64,000 nt of DNA. It comes from Acidaminococcales bacterium. GTDB lineage: Bacteria > Bacillota > Negativicutes > Acidaminococcales > JAISLQ01. The stretch is from positions 67,835 through 131,834 of the forward strand of contig JAVBNN010000009.1 of the NCBI GenBank assembly GCA_031551525.1, given 5' to 3'. How positions within the stretch are numbered: the stretch's first letter is position 1; every line of letters begins with the position of its first letter. Below, in pieces: positions 1 to 9,260 of this stretch. The notes beneath the pieces were generated by a model. That model did no database searches. It had not been told where the DNA came from and worked only from the letters and a program-made list of their open reading frames with translations. The position numbers and the translations under genes were made by a program.

Positions 1-79
1 GTTTAGCGGCATTGACCGGCCTTCCGGTCAAACGCATCTGGCAGGAAGCTACGCAAAAAGCTCTGGAAAAAGAACATTT

Positions 80-433
80 TTAACACATAAAAGGCTGGCG
101 GGTATTGTCGTCAGAGAAGACAAAAGCTGGGCTTGGATAGTAAAACTGACAGTATTTGGGTTTGGTGGTATCCGTGGCAAAGCGCTCCAGCAAAGCAAGG
201 GAAACGGTTTCTTCAAAGTTGAGAAGGCTTTCGGACGTAATATCCGCATCATCTACTATTACGAGCAGATATGGCGGTACTTCAGGTGCGTCGGGAGGAA
301 CTTCGCTCCGTTCGAGGGGCAGTCCCGGTACGATACGTAAAAGGCCTATGGTATTTTTTTCGCTGTCACATATGGTGCAACGGTAGGTATTGTGATAAAG
401 TGTTTTTGACACGGCAACAGATAGTTTATTCAT
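80..433 (-). CDS. hypothetical protein (117 aa), no family recognised
   Basis: Minus-strand ORF 80..457. Start moved to the ATG at 433 (MNKLSVAV...), which has AAGGAG 12 nt upstream. Composition is protein-like. The opposite-strand open frame looks like a shadow. Confidence 0.45.
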   Translation of the reverse strand: MNKLSVAVSKTLYHNTYRCTICDSEKNTIGLLRIVPGLPLERSEVPPDAPEVPPYLLVIVDDADITSESLLNFEETVSLALLERFATDTTKPKYCQFYYPSPAFVFSDDNTRQPFMC

Positions 434-585
434 ATTAGTAAAATACTCCTTTGGCAAAACAAAAATTTTATCAATTATAGCATGTATTTGTCGTACTGTC
501 TAAAATTTTGCCCAGATCTGTTTCTCAAAACAGGCTGGCCATATTATGTTGCAGCATTCATTAATTCTAAGGCGGAGGATACTTT

Positions 586-1569
586 ATGAAAAAAAATTCC
601 CCAATATTAGTTTTTTGCTTGGTGGCAGGCATGTTACTTACTGGTTGCGGAAGCGGAACTAAAACAGAAACTAAGAAAAACGAGCCTGTTTCCAATAAGC
701 AGCAATATATAAACATAGCCACCGGCAGTACTTCCGGCACTTATTATCCTCTGGGTAGTGCGATCGCTGAAATACTGAACAAAAACATCGCCGGTGTAAA
801 TGCCAGCATTCAGACGACCGGCGCATCAGTAGCCAATATCAACCTTCTCGCCACCGGGCGTGTAGATGTTGCTTTTGTGCAAAACGACATAGCGTTTTAT
901 GCCGTTAATGGAACAGAGCTGTATAAAGACAAGAAAGTTGTCAATATAAAAGGGTTGGCATCATTGTATCCGGAAACCATACAGATCATCACCCTTGAAA
1001 AGACAGGAATAAAGACACTGGCCGACATAAAAGGCAAGCGCGTGGCAGTCGGCGCCGCGGGAAGTGGTACCGAGGCGAATGCCAGGCAGATACTGGAAGC
1101 ATACGGCATAGGCTATGGAGATATAAAAGTCCAATACCTGTCTTTTGGCGAAGCGAGCAGCGCACTTAAAGATGGTAATGTTGACCTTGCTTTTGTAACA
1201 GCCGGTCATCCTACCGCCGCTATCCAGGAGATAGCAAACTTGGAGAAAATGGTGCTTTTGCCTATAACGCAAGATAAAGCCGATATTATAATCAAAAAAT
1301 ATCCTTTTTATACCAAAATAGTTATCGGCGGCAATACATATAAAAACCAGACAGGCGAAGTGCCAACTGTTGCGGTCATGGCCATGCTGGCTGTTACTGA
1401 CAAAATGAACGCTGATACAGGTTATAAAGTAGCGCGGGCTATTTTTACCAATACCGACAAGATAAAAGCCGTGCATACAATCGGACAGAAAATAACCAAA
1501 AATACTGCTACCAGTGGCATGTCTATTCCGCTCAATGAAGGCGCCGATAAATTTTATAAGGAAAAATGA
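586..1569 (+). CDS. TAXI-family TRAP transporter solute-binding lipoprotein
   Basis: Lipoprotein signal (LLTGCGSG) and the motif IATGSTSGTYYPLGSAIAEIL typical of TAXI (Imp-type) binding proteins. GGAGG RBS 8 nt upstream. Confidence 0.85.
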   Translation: MKKNSPILVFCLVAGMLLTGCGSGTKTETKKNEPVSNKQQYINIATGSTSGTYYPLGSAIAEILNKNIAGVNASIQTTGASVANINLLATGRVDVAFVQNDIAFYAVNGTELYKDKKVVNIKGLASLYPETIQIITLEKTGIKTLADIKGKRVAVGAAGSGTEANARQILEAYGIGYGDIKVQYLSFGEASSALKDGNVDLAFVTAGHPTAAIQEIANLEKMVLLPITQDKADIIIKKYPFYTKIVIGGNTYKNQTGEVPTVAVMAMLAVTDKMNADTGYKVARAIFTNTDKIKAVHTIGQKITKNTATSGMSIPLNEGADKFYKEK

Positions 1570-1581
1570 AATGGTAATCCT

Positions 1582-2097
1582 ATGTATTTTAAAAAGTACA
1601 CCGTAGTTTTTTTACTGGTTTTGGCAGGAGTGCTTTATTGGTGTAACCAACTGGCCGTTGTTGTAAGCTCACAAGAATATGCGGACAAGAAGATAGTATT
1701 TCCGGTGACAAAGGGGGCTGTATTGCGTTTTTCCTGGCGGCATTCGGTAAATAAGACATTAGTTGAAGAATATTTTCATGTAAAAGACGAGAACGAACTG
1801 GAACTTTATCTCGTCAGATACGACAGTTACGGGGCGGGCATGCCATTTTTGCCTGAAGAAGGCAAATTTGAGCAAAAGAACGGCATGTTTGAACTCGCTA
1901 TGTCACGTAAATTTGCCAGCATAAAAATGGGTATAGGAGAAGAAGCGCAACTGGAACTATACTATAACGGCAATAACATTAGCCTTTACCGCGCTTACGC
2001 TCCGGGGAGCCTGATACAGCTGGAAGTAAAAAAACGTTGTCAGGCATATATACAATACGCTGCCGCGTATTTACAAAAAGCCATAAAACAACTATGA
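1582..2097 (+). CDS. DUF1850 domain protein (usual partner of TAXI-TRAP systems)
   Basis: 171 aa with an N-terminal TM helix and the segment FSWRHSVNKTLVEEYF...YDSYGAGMPF, which resembles the DUF1850 core. Lies directly downstream of the TAXI gene. Confidence 0.65.
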   Translation: MYFKKYTVVFLLVLAGVLYWCNQLAVVVSSQEYADKKIVFPVTKGAVLRFSWRHSVNKTLVEEYFHVKDENELELYLVRYDSYGAGMPFLPEEGKFEQKNGMFELAMSRKFASIKMGIGEEAQLELYYNGNNISLYRAYAPGSLIQLEVKKRCQAYIQYAAAYLQKAIKQL

Positions 2098-2114
2098 TAT
2101 TTATATAATTTTCA

Positions 2115-2275
2115 TAAACTGTTGCGGATCTTTGCCTCCGGCAAAGAATAAACAGCAAAGCCGGTGTGATTCCGGCGCAGTCCCGCTGCTGTGATGGCCA
2201 TTCGGCCAGAGCCAGACACTGTCGCGACAGACCGCTGAACCTACGAGTGATAGGATGGTGGGCAGGCATTTTTTG
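2115..2275 (+). promoter_or_regulatory. cobalamin (B12) riboswitch aptamer
   Basis: Conserved core GCCGGTGTGATTCCGGCGCAGTCCCGCTGCTGTGA, then a B12-box-like AGAGCCAGACACTGTC. Lies directly upstream of the cob operon. Confidence 0.75.
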
Positions 2276-2283
2276 CTATTCCC

Positions 2284-2307
2284 ACCCTTTTATAAGGGTT
2301 TTTTTTA
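2284..2307 (+). terminator. riboswitch expression-platform terminator
   Basis: Short hairpin ACCCTT-ttat-AAGGGT followed by a T8 run. It overlaps an alternative GGTGGG...CCCACC pairing, which could act as an antiterminator/terminator switch. Confidence 0.55.
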
Positions 2308-2342
2308 TTAAATAGGATTAATTTGATAAATGGGGAAAAAAG

Positions 2343-2924
2343 ATGAATAAGAAACTTATTTTGATTACCGGCGGCGCGCGCAGTGGTAAAAGCGAGTTTG
2401 CCGAACGATTGGTTCATAAAATGGGCACAAAGTGTGCTTATGTAGCTACTGCGGAAATACGCGACGAAGAGATGCGATTGAGGGTAGAGCAGCACCGCCG
2501 ACGCCGGGACAGTGACTTTTGGCTTAGCGTGGAGGCGCCGTTTGCCGCGCACAATATAATCTCTGATATCGTAGGCGTAGATAGCATTTTATTTGACTGT
2601 GTGACCATTTACCTCAGCAACCTCTTATATGGCAGTAGCGCCCAGACAGAAGAGCCGGGCAACTATGAGAAATCCCTTCTGGCCATTGACAACCTTTTGG
2701 CTGCTGCCCGGGCCTCCGGCAAACATGTGGTTTTTGTCACTAACGAACTGGGGAGTGGTATTGTTCCTGACAACGCCATGTCCCGCGAATTTCGCGATCT
2801 GGCCGGTTTAGTCAATCAAAAAATAGCGCAAACGGCAGACGAAGTATACATGGTGGTTTGCGGCATAGCGGTGGATTTAAAGAAAGTGGCTATCCAACTG
2901 GATGATAACAGTGTGAAATCATGA
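2343..2924 (+). CDS. cobU: adenosylcobinamide kinase / adenosylcobinamide-phosphate guanylyltransferase
   Basis: P-loop start LILITGGARSGKSEFAE, ~190 aa, in cob operon context. Confidence 0.9.
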   Translation: MNKKLILITGGARSGKSEFAERLVHKMGTKCAYVATAEIRDEEMRLRVEQHRRRRDSDFWLSVEAPFAAHNIISDIVGVDSILFDCVTIYLSNLLYGSSAQTEEPGNYEKSLLAIDNLLAAARASGKHVVFVTNELGSGIVPDNAMSREFRDLAGLVNQKIAQTADEVYMVVCGIAVDLKKVAIQLDDNSVKS

Positions 2925-4435
2925 TAAAAAGTATAATGTTTCAGGGAACAGGCTCTGATGTTGGCAAAAGTATCGTCACGGCGGCTGTTTGCCGCATTTT
3001 AAAACAGGATGGCCATCATCCGGTGCCATTTAAAGCACAAAATATGGCGCTCAATTCTTTTGTCACCAAAGAAGGCGGCGAGATGGGCCGCGCACAGGTA
3101 GTACAAGCCGAGGCGGCAGGAGTCGAGCCGCTGGTAGCCATGAATCCTATTCTCTTAAAACCCACCGGCAACAGCAGCAGCCAGGTAATAGTGATGGGGA
3201 AAGCCGTGGCTACTATGAAAGCCAGCGAGTACCATGAAGGATTTGCCGCCCAAGCTTTTCCCGTGGTGGAAAAAGCGATAGAGAAACTCTCATCCATGGC
3301 GGAGGTACTGGTAGTGGAGGGCGCAGGCAGTCCTGCTGAAGTGAATCTAAAAGCCAATGATATTGTAAACATGCGGGTGGCAAGATACCTACAGTCGCCG
3401 GTTATTTTGGTTACGGATATCGATCGGGGCGGGGCACTGGCCTCTATCGTCGGCACGATGGAACTCTTGGATGAAGAAGAAAAGGCGCTGGTCAAAGGAT
3501 TCATTATCAATAAATTCCGTGGGGATATCACTCTCTTGCGTCCGGCGTTGGATTTCTTACGGGAAAAGACCGGCGTGCCTGTTTTGGGAGTTTTACCCTA
3601 TATGGATAAAATGGATATAGACGACGAAGATTCGGTGGCGCTACGGGGAAAGTCAAGCAAGGGGGAGTCCGATATCAATATAGCGGTCATCCGGTTGCCG
3701 CATATTTCCAATTTTACTGATTTTGAGGCTCTTGTCGCCGAAGACGGTGTTAGCGTTTATTATGTAAAATATAAAGAACAACTGGCTTCACCAGACCTCA
3801 TAATATTGCCGGGCAGCAAAAATACCAGTGAAGATCTCTTTTTCCTTAAAGAAACAGGACTGGGCAAAGAGATAATCAAAAAAAACAAACAGGAAACACC
3901 TGTAATAGGCATTTGCGGTGGTTATCAGATGCTCGGTCAGGAAGTACGCGATCCGCAGCATACCGAGTCCGAGTGCGACCGTTTGCCTGCTTTGGGGCTG
4001 TTGCCGGTAGTCACCACTTTTTTGCCTGATAAAGTGACCCGCCAGGTCACGGCGCGTGCATGTGCGAACTCTTTTCTCGACATGGATTTTAGCGGGGAGG
4101 GACTGCGCGGCTATGAGATACATATGGGCAATACGGAATATACTGATAAAATAGCATGCGCTTTTACAACAGATCGTGGAGAAGGTATGGTGCTAGAGGA
4201 TGGTGCGGTGCGCTCCGACGGTCTGGTCATGGGTACTTACATACACGGTATTTTTGACAATGATGATTTTCGCCATAAGTTGGTGGATGTGTTGCGTAGA
4301 AAAAAAGGCGTTATAGCAAACAGCAGCACTATAAATATAGCTGAGCGCAAGGAAGCTGCCTATGAGAATTTGGCCGCGACAGTGCGGAAAAATCTTGATA
4401 TGGAAAAACTCTACCAAATAATAGGGTTGGGATAA
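2921..4435 (+). CDS. cobQ: cobyric acid synthase
   Basis: 504 aa. N-terminal MFQGTGSDVGKS dethiobiotin-synthetase-like domain and C-terminal GATase (GICGGYQMLG). Overlaps cobU by 4 nt (ATGA). Confidence 0.95.
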   Translation: MIKSIMFQGTGSDVGKSIVTAAVCRILKQDGHHPVPFKAQNMALNSFVTKEGGEMGRAQVVQAEAAGVEPLVAMNPILLKPTGNSSSQVIVMGKAVATMKASEYHEGFAAQAFPVVEKAIEKLSSMAEVLVVEGAGSPAEVNLKANDIVNMRVARYLQSPVILVTDIDRGGALASIVGTMELLDEEEKALVKGFIINKFRGDITLLRPALDFLREKTGVPVLGVLPYMDKMDIDDEDSVALRGKSSKGESDINIAVIRLPHISNFTDFEALVAEDGVSVYYVKYKEQLASPDLIILPGSKNTSEDLFFLKETGLGKEIIKKNKQETPVIGICGGYQMLGQEVRDPQHTESECDRLPALGLLPVVTTFLPDKVTRQVTARACANSFLDMDFSGEGLRGYEIHMGNTEYTDKIACAFTTDRGEGMVLEDGAVRSDGLVMGTYIHGIFDNDDFRHKLVDVLRRKKGVIANSSTINIAERKEAAYENLAATVRKNLDMEKLYQIIGLG

Positions 4436-4440
4436 TAGAC

Positions 4441-5376
4441 ATGAATTTTTTGTGTGCTGGGGCGCTCCTTTTCGATACCCTTATTGGCGATCCGCGCGGC
4501 GGCTGGCATCCGGTAGTTTTGATCGGCCGGCTGATCAGTTGGCTGGAAGGATGTTTGCTGGATGCGTCAGCGTCTGGCTGTCGTAAACAACTGGCTGGTG
4601 CTCTACTGGTGTTTTGTACACTTGGCACGGTATTTTCTGTGACTTACCTGCTGGTAGGATTATTTTCTTATACCAATAACTGGCTGGCGTTGGCAGTGAA
4701 TATGCTTATCGTGTCTTTTACTATATCGCCGCGCGCCTTAAAGGAATCGGGCACAGAAATATACCTGTTACTTAAAAAACCTGATATTGCGGCGGCCAGG
4801 CAAAAAGTCGGCTGGATAGTTGGACGGGATACGGAAAAACTGGATGAAGGAGAAATAACGCGTGCCACGGTAGAAACAATCGCTGAAAATATAACCGACG
4901 GTATAATTTCACCCCTGTTTTATGCACTGCTTGGCGGAGCGCCGCTGGCGTTTGTTTACCGAGCGGTAAATACACTTGACTCCATGGTCGGCTATAAAAA
5001 CGATAAATATATGAATTTTGGCATGTCTGCGGCCCGTCTCGATGATGTGGCCAACTTCATCCCAGCCAGGATAACTGCCTTGTTGGTATTGGTTGCTGCG
5101 ATGATTTTGCCTGGCTGCAGCAGTAAAAGGGCTTTGAAGATACTCCTGCGGGATGCCGGCAAGCATCCCAGCCCAAACAGCGGCTATGCCGAAGCTCCGG
5201 TAGCCGGAGCGCTAGGCGTCCGGCTGGGTGGTTGCAACTATTACTTCGGGCAGTCCTCTTTCCGAGCCTTTATGGGCGATCCCGTTGTATCGCTGGAAGC
5301 CAGTCATATCAAGAAAACTATTTATCTGATGTACGCTGTCACTGTTTTATTCGTGGCGGTATCTTTGTTTATTTGA
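4441..5376 (+). CDS. cbiB: adenosylcobinamide-phosphate synthase (membrane protein)
   Basis: 311 aa polytopic protein with DxxxGDPxxxxHPV near the N-terminus and YKN..Y..FG/HPSPNSG motifs of the CbiB/CobD family. Confidence 0.9.
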   Translation: MNFLCAGALLFDTLIGDPRGGWHPVVLIGRLISWLEGCLLDASASGCRKQLAGALLVFCTLGTVFSVTYLLVGLFSYTNNWLALAVNMLIVSFTISPRALKESGTEIYLLLKKPDIAAARQKVGWIVGRDTEKLDEGEITRATVETIAENITDGIISPLFYALLGGAPLAFVYRAVNTLDSMVGYKNDKYMNFGMSAARLDDVANFIPARITALLVLVAAMILPGCSSKRALKILLRDAGKHPSPNSGYAEAPVAGALGVRLGGCNYYFGQSSFRAFMGDPVVSLEASHIKKTIYLMYAVTVLFVAVSLFI

Positions 5377-5386
5377 CGGAGGGGGC

Positions 5387-6412
5387 ATGAAAGATTTTTT
5401 AGAAGATATAAGCATACCGGCACTGGATAAAACGGCCAGAGAAAACGTTTGCGTACAATGGCGCACTATGGATACAATGAAAAACAGCTTGGGGCGGCTG
5501 GAAGACATGGTTGCCGATTATGCGGCCATGACCGGTGGCAACCCTACTGTCGCGCATAAAGCCATGATACTGGCTGCAGCTGACCACGGAGTCGCCAGGC
5601 AGGGGGTAAGCAACTTCCCGCAGGAAGTGACGGTCCAAATGGTGAACGGTTATTTGCGCGGAGGGGCGGGAGCCAATATAATGGCTGCGCACGCCGGTAT
5701 AAAATACGAGGATATATTTATTTTAGATGTAGGCGTACAGGAAGATATGCCGGCGCACCCTTCGTTGGTAAATAAAAAAATCGCCTATGGCACACAAGAT
5801 TTTACTTGGGGACCCGCTATGACACGGGAAGAGGCTATCCGTTCTGTGCGGGAGGGATTTGAATTGTCCAATAAATGTATAGACGCCGGGTACGGCTTAT
5901 TGCTGCCCTCAGAGATGGGTATAGGTAACACTACTTCGAGCGCTGCCATCGCGGCAGTTTTTACGGGATTGCCGGCGGAAAAGACCGTGGGTCGGGGAAC
6001 CGGGATAGGAGACGAACGTCTCTTGCGCAAACAGGCAATAGTTGCCAAAGCACTGGAAATAAACCGGCCTGACAAGCGTGATGCTCTTGATGTTTTAGCC
6101 AAAGTGGGCGGCTTTGAGCTGGGCGCATTAGCCGGGGTGTTTATCGCCGGGGCATCGCGTCGGGTGCCTGTTTTTGTCGACGGCATAAACGCTACCGCTG
6201 CGGCTCTTATCGCCTGGGGATTGTTTCCATCTTCGCGTGAGTATATGTTTGCCTCACACTTGTCTGCGGAAATCGCGCATCCGGCCATGCTGGAGTTACT
6301 TTCCCTCCAGCCTGTACTTACCGCAAATATGCGTCTTGGAGAAGGAACAGGGGCATCATTGGTCATCGCGTTACTTGACGCGGCGATAAAAGTTTTTAAT
6401 AAAGAAGACTGA
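5387..6412 (+). CDS. cobT: nicotinate-nucleotide--dimethylbenzimidazole phosphoribosyltransferase
   Basis: GRLEDM, AADHGV, SEMGIGNTT and the catalytic-Glu motif MRLGEGTGAS are all present. Confidence 0.9.
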   Translation: MKDFLEDISIPALDKTARENVCVQWRTMDTMKNSLGRLEDMVADYAAMTGGNPTVAHKAMILAAADHGVARQGVSNFPQEVTVQMVNGYLRGGAGANIMAAHAGIKYEDIFILDVGVQEDMPAHPSLVNKKIAYGTQDFTWGPAMTREEAIRSVREGFELSNKCIDAGYGLLLPSEMGIGNTTSSAAIAAVFTGLPAEKTVGRGTGIGDERLLRKQAIVAKALEINRPDKRDALDVLAKVGGFELGALAGVFIAGASRRVPVFVDGINATAAALIAWGLFPSSREYMFASHLSAEIAHPAMLELLSLQPVLTANMRLGEGTGASLVIALLDAAIKVFNKED

Positions 6413-6613
6413 TTCAGGTGGTTTTTTTATTCCAGCTGAATCTTAGTAGCACTTATTTTGAAGAAAACACGGTTTTAAGTGATCTTTAGAGAAAAGTAAA
6501 AATGATGTTGTACTTATGCTGTAAAGTGTGAACTTAGCATCGCTTAATATTTTCCGCCTGAAGAGGCAGATGTATTAGTGGCGTTTAGCTAGATAAAACC
6601 GTGCGAGGAGATT

Positions 6614-7360
6614 ATGAACGACTTTATTACAGGACTAGGTTTTCTGACGCGCATCAAATTGAAAAGTCAGGAAATATGGGAAGACGATGCATTTTCCCGC
6701 AGTTTGCCGTGGTTTCCTTTGGTGGGGGCCGTGATAGGACTTTTCCTGGCCGGAATAAACTGGCTTAGTATGCCCTTTTTTACTGACTATATTCGTGTGG
6801 CACTGTTATTGGGTGGGGAGTTATATATAACGGGTGGTCTGTTGTGCGATGGTTTGATGGATACAGCCGACGGCGTATTTTCCGGCCGCAGCCGTGAGCG
6901 CATGCTGGAAATCATGAAAGACAGCGCAGTAGGAGCTAATGGCATGATCTTTTTTGTTGTGCTGATGATTTTTAAAACAGCCTTGTACCTTTCCTTGCCA
7001 GCCAAAACACTCACCTGTATCCTGTTTGTGATGCCAGTAGTCACTCGTCTCATTATCGTGGGGGCAGTGACGCTGTTTCCTTACGCCAGGGCGGAAGGTA
7101 CCGGCCAATTGTTCGTACGCTATGCCCGAAAAGCTTATTTGTATAAGGCGTTGCTGCTAACTGCGCTATTGACCGCATTACCACTGGCTCCAGAGACAAG
7201 TTTCGCCGCTTTGGCCACACTTGCCAGTTCTTGGTATGGCGCCCGCTATCTGGTGAAAATATTGGGCGGATTGACTGGAGATACATATGGTTTTCTGGCG
7301 GAAACCGGTAATGTAACCTATTTGTTTTGCGCATACTTTTATCTGGTTTTTATCCGCTAA
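6614..7360 (+). CDS. cobS: adenosylcobinamide-GDP ribazoletransferase (cobalamin synthase)
   Basis: 248 aa polytopic membrane protein with the LTRI...DGLMDTADG motif. GAGGAG RBS. Confidence 0.9.
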   Translation: MNDFITGLGFLTRIKLKSQEIWEDDAFSRSLPWFPLVGAVIGLFLAGINWLSMPFFTDYIRVALLLGGELYITGGLLCDGLMDTADGVFSGRSRERMLEIMKDSAVGANGMIFFVVLMIFKTALYLSLPAKTLTCILFVMPVVTRLIIVGAVTLFPYARAEGTGQLFVRYARKAYLYKALLLTALLTALPLAPETSFAALATLASSWYGARYLVKILGGLTGDTYGFLAETGNVTYLFCAYFYLVFIR

Positions 7361-7376
7361 GGTTTGGAGGTTACTA

Positions 7377-8384
7377 ATGAAGCTTGATATACCATCACCT
7401 GCTGTTTTGGACGGTAAAATAAGAAAAAAAGTTCAAAACAATTTTGATAACCTGATCAAACCGGTAGGTTCGCTAGCCCGCCTGGAGGATATAACATGCC
7501 TGTATGCGGCGGCCAGTAGACAGGAAAAACCGTCATCACCACAGAAAAAACTGCTTGTGTTCGCCTCTGACCATGGGGTAGCGCAAGCGCTGGATTTTTT
7601 ATATACTACTGATGACAGTTTTTTTTATTTTAACCGGTTGCTAGAAAAAAAAAGCGGGCTGGCGGTTTTGGCGAAAGCCTTGGGCGCCGATGTGGCTGTG
7701 GTAGAACTGGGCCTGAAAAAAGGCAACAGTGAAAACCATATAGCCGCCGGTACTTATAATATATTGCATGGTCCCGCAATGACGGAGACACAATTTGAAC
7801 AGGCTTTTGCTATTGGCCGTGCTGCGGTTGAACAGGCGGCGGACGCTGGAGCGCAGGTGCTGGCGCTGGGCAGCTTGGGCGCTGGCGCAGAGTTTAGCGA
7901 AACAGCTTTGCTTTATGCTCTTTGCGGGGAAGCGGTCGAAAGATTTGTCTCGTCATCGCGGCATATTACATGGATAAGGGCATCCGTCGAAAAATACGCG
8001 TTGGACGACCATATGGAACAGGCAAGGTGTCTGGGTGGGTTTGAACTGGCGGCCCTCATGGGGGCTATCGCCCAGGCAGCGCATCTTTCTCTGCCGGTTT
8101 TCGGCGACAGTACGGCGGTGCTTTTAGGGGCTTTTATATTAGCTGAACAGCAGCCTTTGATTAAAGAATTTATTATTCCGGTATGTACATCCTGTCAGCC
8201 GGAACAGGATAAATTAATGAAAATGCTGGGCTTTTCTACCATGCTCGACCTGTTATTATATGGTACTGGCGGCGAAGGCGGGCTATTGGGTTTTAGCCTC
8301 TTGGACGCGGGCGTCAAGGCTTTGGCGGAAATGGACTCTTTCGGCGCAAAAACCGTGCACGGCCCCTTGGAAAACTCTCAGTAA
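7377..8384 (+). CDS. CobT-family paralogue with degenerate active-site motifs (possible ArsB-like partner subunit)
   Basis: Colinear with CobT (GSLARLEDI, ASDHGV, GGFELAAL), but GNTT is replaced by GAGAEFSE and LGEGTGA by YGTGGEGG. Confidence 0.7.
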   Translation: MKLDIPSPAVLDGKIRKKVQNNFDNLIKPVGSLARLEDITCLYAAASRQEKPSSPQKKLLVFASDHGVAQALDFLYTTDDSFFYFNRLLEKKSGLAVLAKALGADVAVVELGLKKGNSENHIAAGTYNILHGPAMTETQFEQAFAIGRAAVEQAADAGAQVLALGSLGAGAEFSETALLYALCGEAVERFVSSSRHITWIRASVEKYALDDHMEQARCLGGFELAALMGAIAQAAHLSLPVFGDSTAVLLGAFILAEQQPLIKEFIIPVCTSCQPEQDKLMKMLGFSTMLDLLLYGTGGEGGLLGFSLLDAGVKALAEMDSFGAKTVHGPLENSQ

Positions 8385-8396
8385 AGGAATGATTTT

Positions 8397-9257
8397 ATGG
8401 TAAAAGTGCCCGGATCTTGCGGCGAATTGGCCCAGGGGAGGATAAATGGGAAGAACATCCTTATAACGTGTCCGGTCAACTGGTATAGCAGCGTGGACAC
8501 GCTAGCCGCAGAACCCGAGTCCGCCGCGAGGATTGAACACTGTAAATCTTACCGTGCGGTGGAACTTTTATTTGAAAAATACGGATATACCCACCCGCTA
8601 ACGCTGAAGATAGAGTCCAGCCTGCCGAGGGGTAAAGGCATGGCCTCCAGCAGTGCCGATATAGCGGCCTCCTGCGCGGCAGCCGCTAAACTGATGGGGA
8701 AAACTCTTGACGTTACGGATATCAAAGACATCGCTTTAGCTATCGAGCCCACTGACGGAATATTTTTCCCCGGAGTGGTGGCCTTTGAATATCTAACAGG
8801 GAATAGCTGCCTGTATTTGGGAAAGCCTCCTCCTATGCGGCTGGCAGTCTTTGATTTCGGAGGAGAAGTGGATACCCTTTCATTCAACAGCCGGATCGAT
8901 TTAGCTGATTTTACGCACGAAAAGCAGCTGGATTTTCAGGAGGCGTACGAGTTGATAAAAGAGGGCGTGGCCGCCGCAAACCCCGTATTGATAGGCAAAG
9001 GCGCTACGATCAGCGCCCTGGCCAATCAAAAGATACTGCACAAACCCCATCTGGAAAAATTCATCATTGAAGGCAACAAATATGGCGCCCTTGGCGTAAA
9101 TGTAGCCCATAGCGGCACGGTAGCTGGCGTTATGTTTGACATGGATATTCTTGAAGGATATGAAGATTGCGTAAAGAGTATACTGAGACTATGTCCGGGC
9201 ATAACTTACCTGGGCAGCGCCGAACTGATCTCCGGCGGAATATTTGACAAGGAGTGA
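8397..9257 (+). CDS. pduX: GHMP-family L-threonine kinase (PduX-like)
   Basis: N-terminal PGSCGELAQG and GHMP motif PRGKGMASSSADIAA. Sits directly upstream of the threonine-phosphate decarboxylase gene. Confidence 0.75.
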   Translation: MVKVPGSCGELAQGRINGKNILITCPVNWYSSVDTLAAEPESAARIEHCKSYRAVELLFEKYGYTHPLTLKIESSLPRGKGMASSSADIAASCAAAAKLMGKTLDVTDIKDIALAIEPTDGIFFPGVVAFEYLTGNSCLYLGKPPPMRLAVFDFGGEVDTLSFNSRIDLADFTHEKQLDFQEAYELIKEGVAAANPVLIGKGATISALANQKILHKPHLEKFIIEGNKYGALGVNVAHSGTVAGVMFDMDILEGYEDCVKSILRLCPGITYLGSAELISGGIFDKE

Positions 9258-9260
9258 ACT

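Noticed and set aside
2-340. A stop-free plus-strand frame running from the window edge, which could be the 3' end of an upstream gene
   Set aside because: Its translation is R/G/K/F/W-rich and not protein-like, and it is antisense to the better-supported minus-strand ORF (80..433). Treated as a shadow frame, although I cannot fully exclude it.
6502-6531. A 9-codon mini-ORF (MMLYLCCKV) in the cobT-cobS spacer, as a possible leader peptide
   Set aside because: It has no RBS, no obvious link to cobamide regulation, and it is too short to distinguish from chance in AT-rich sequence.
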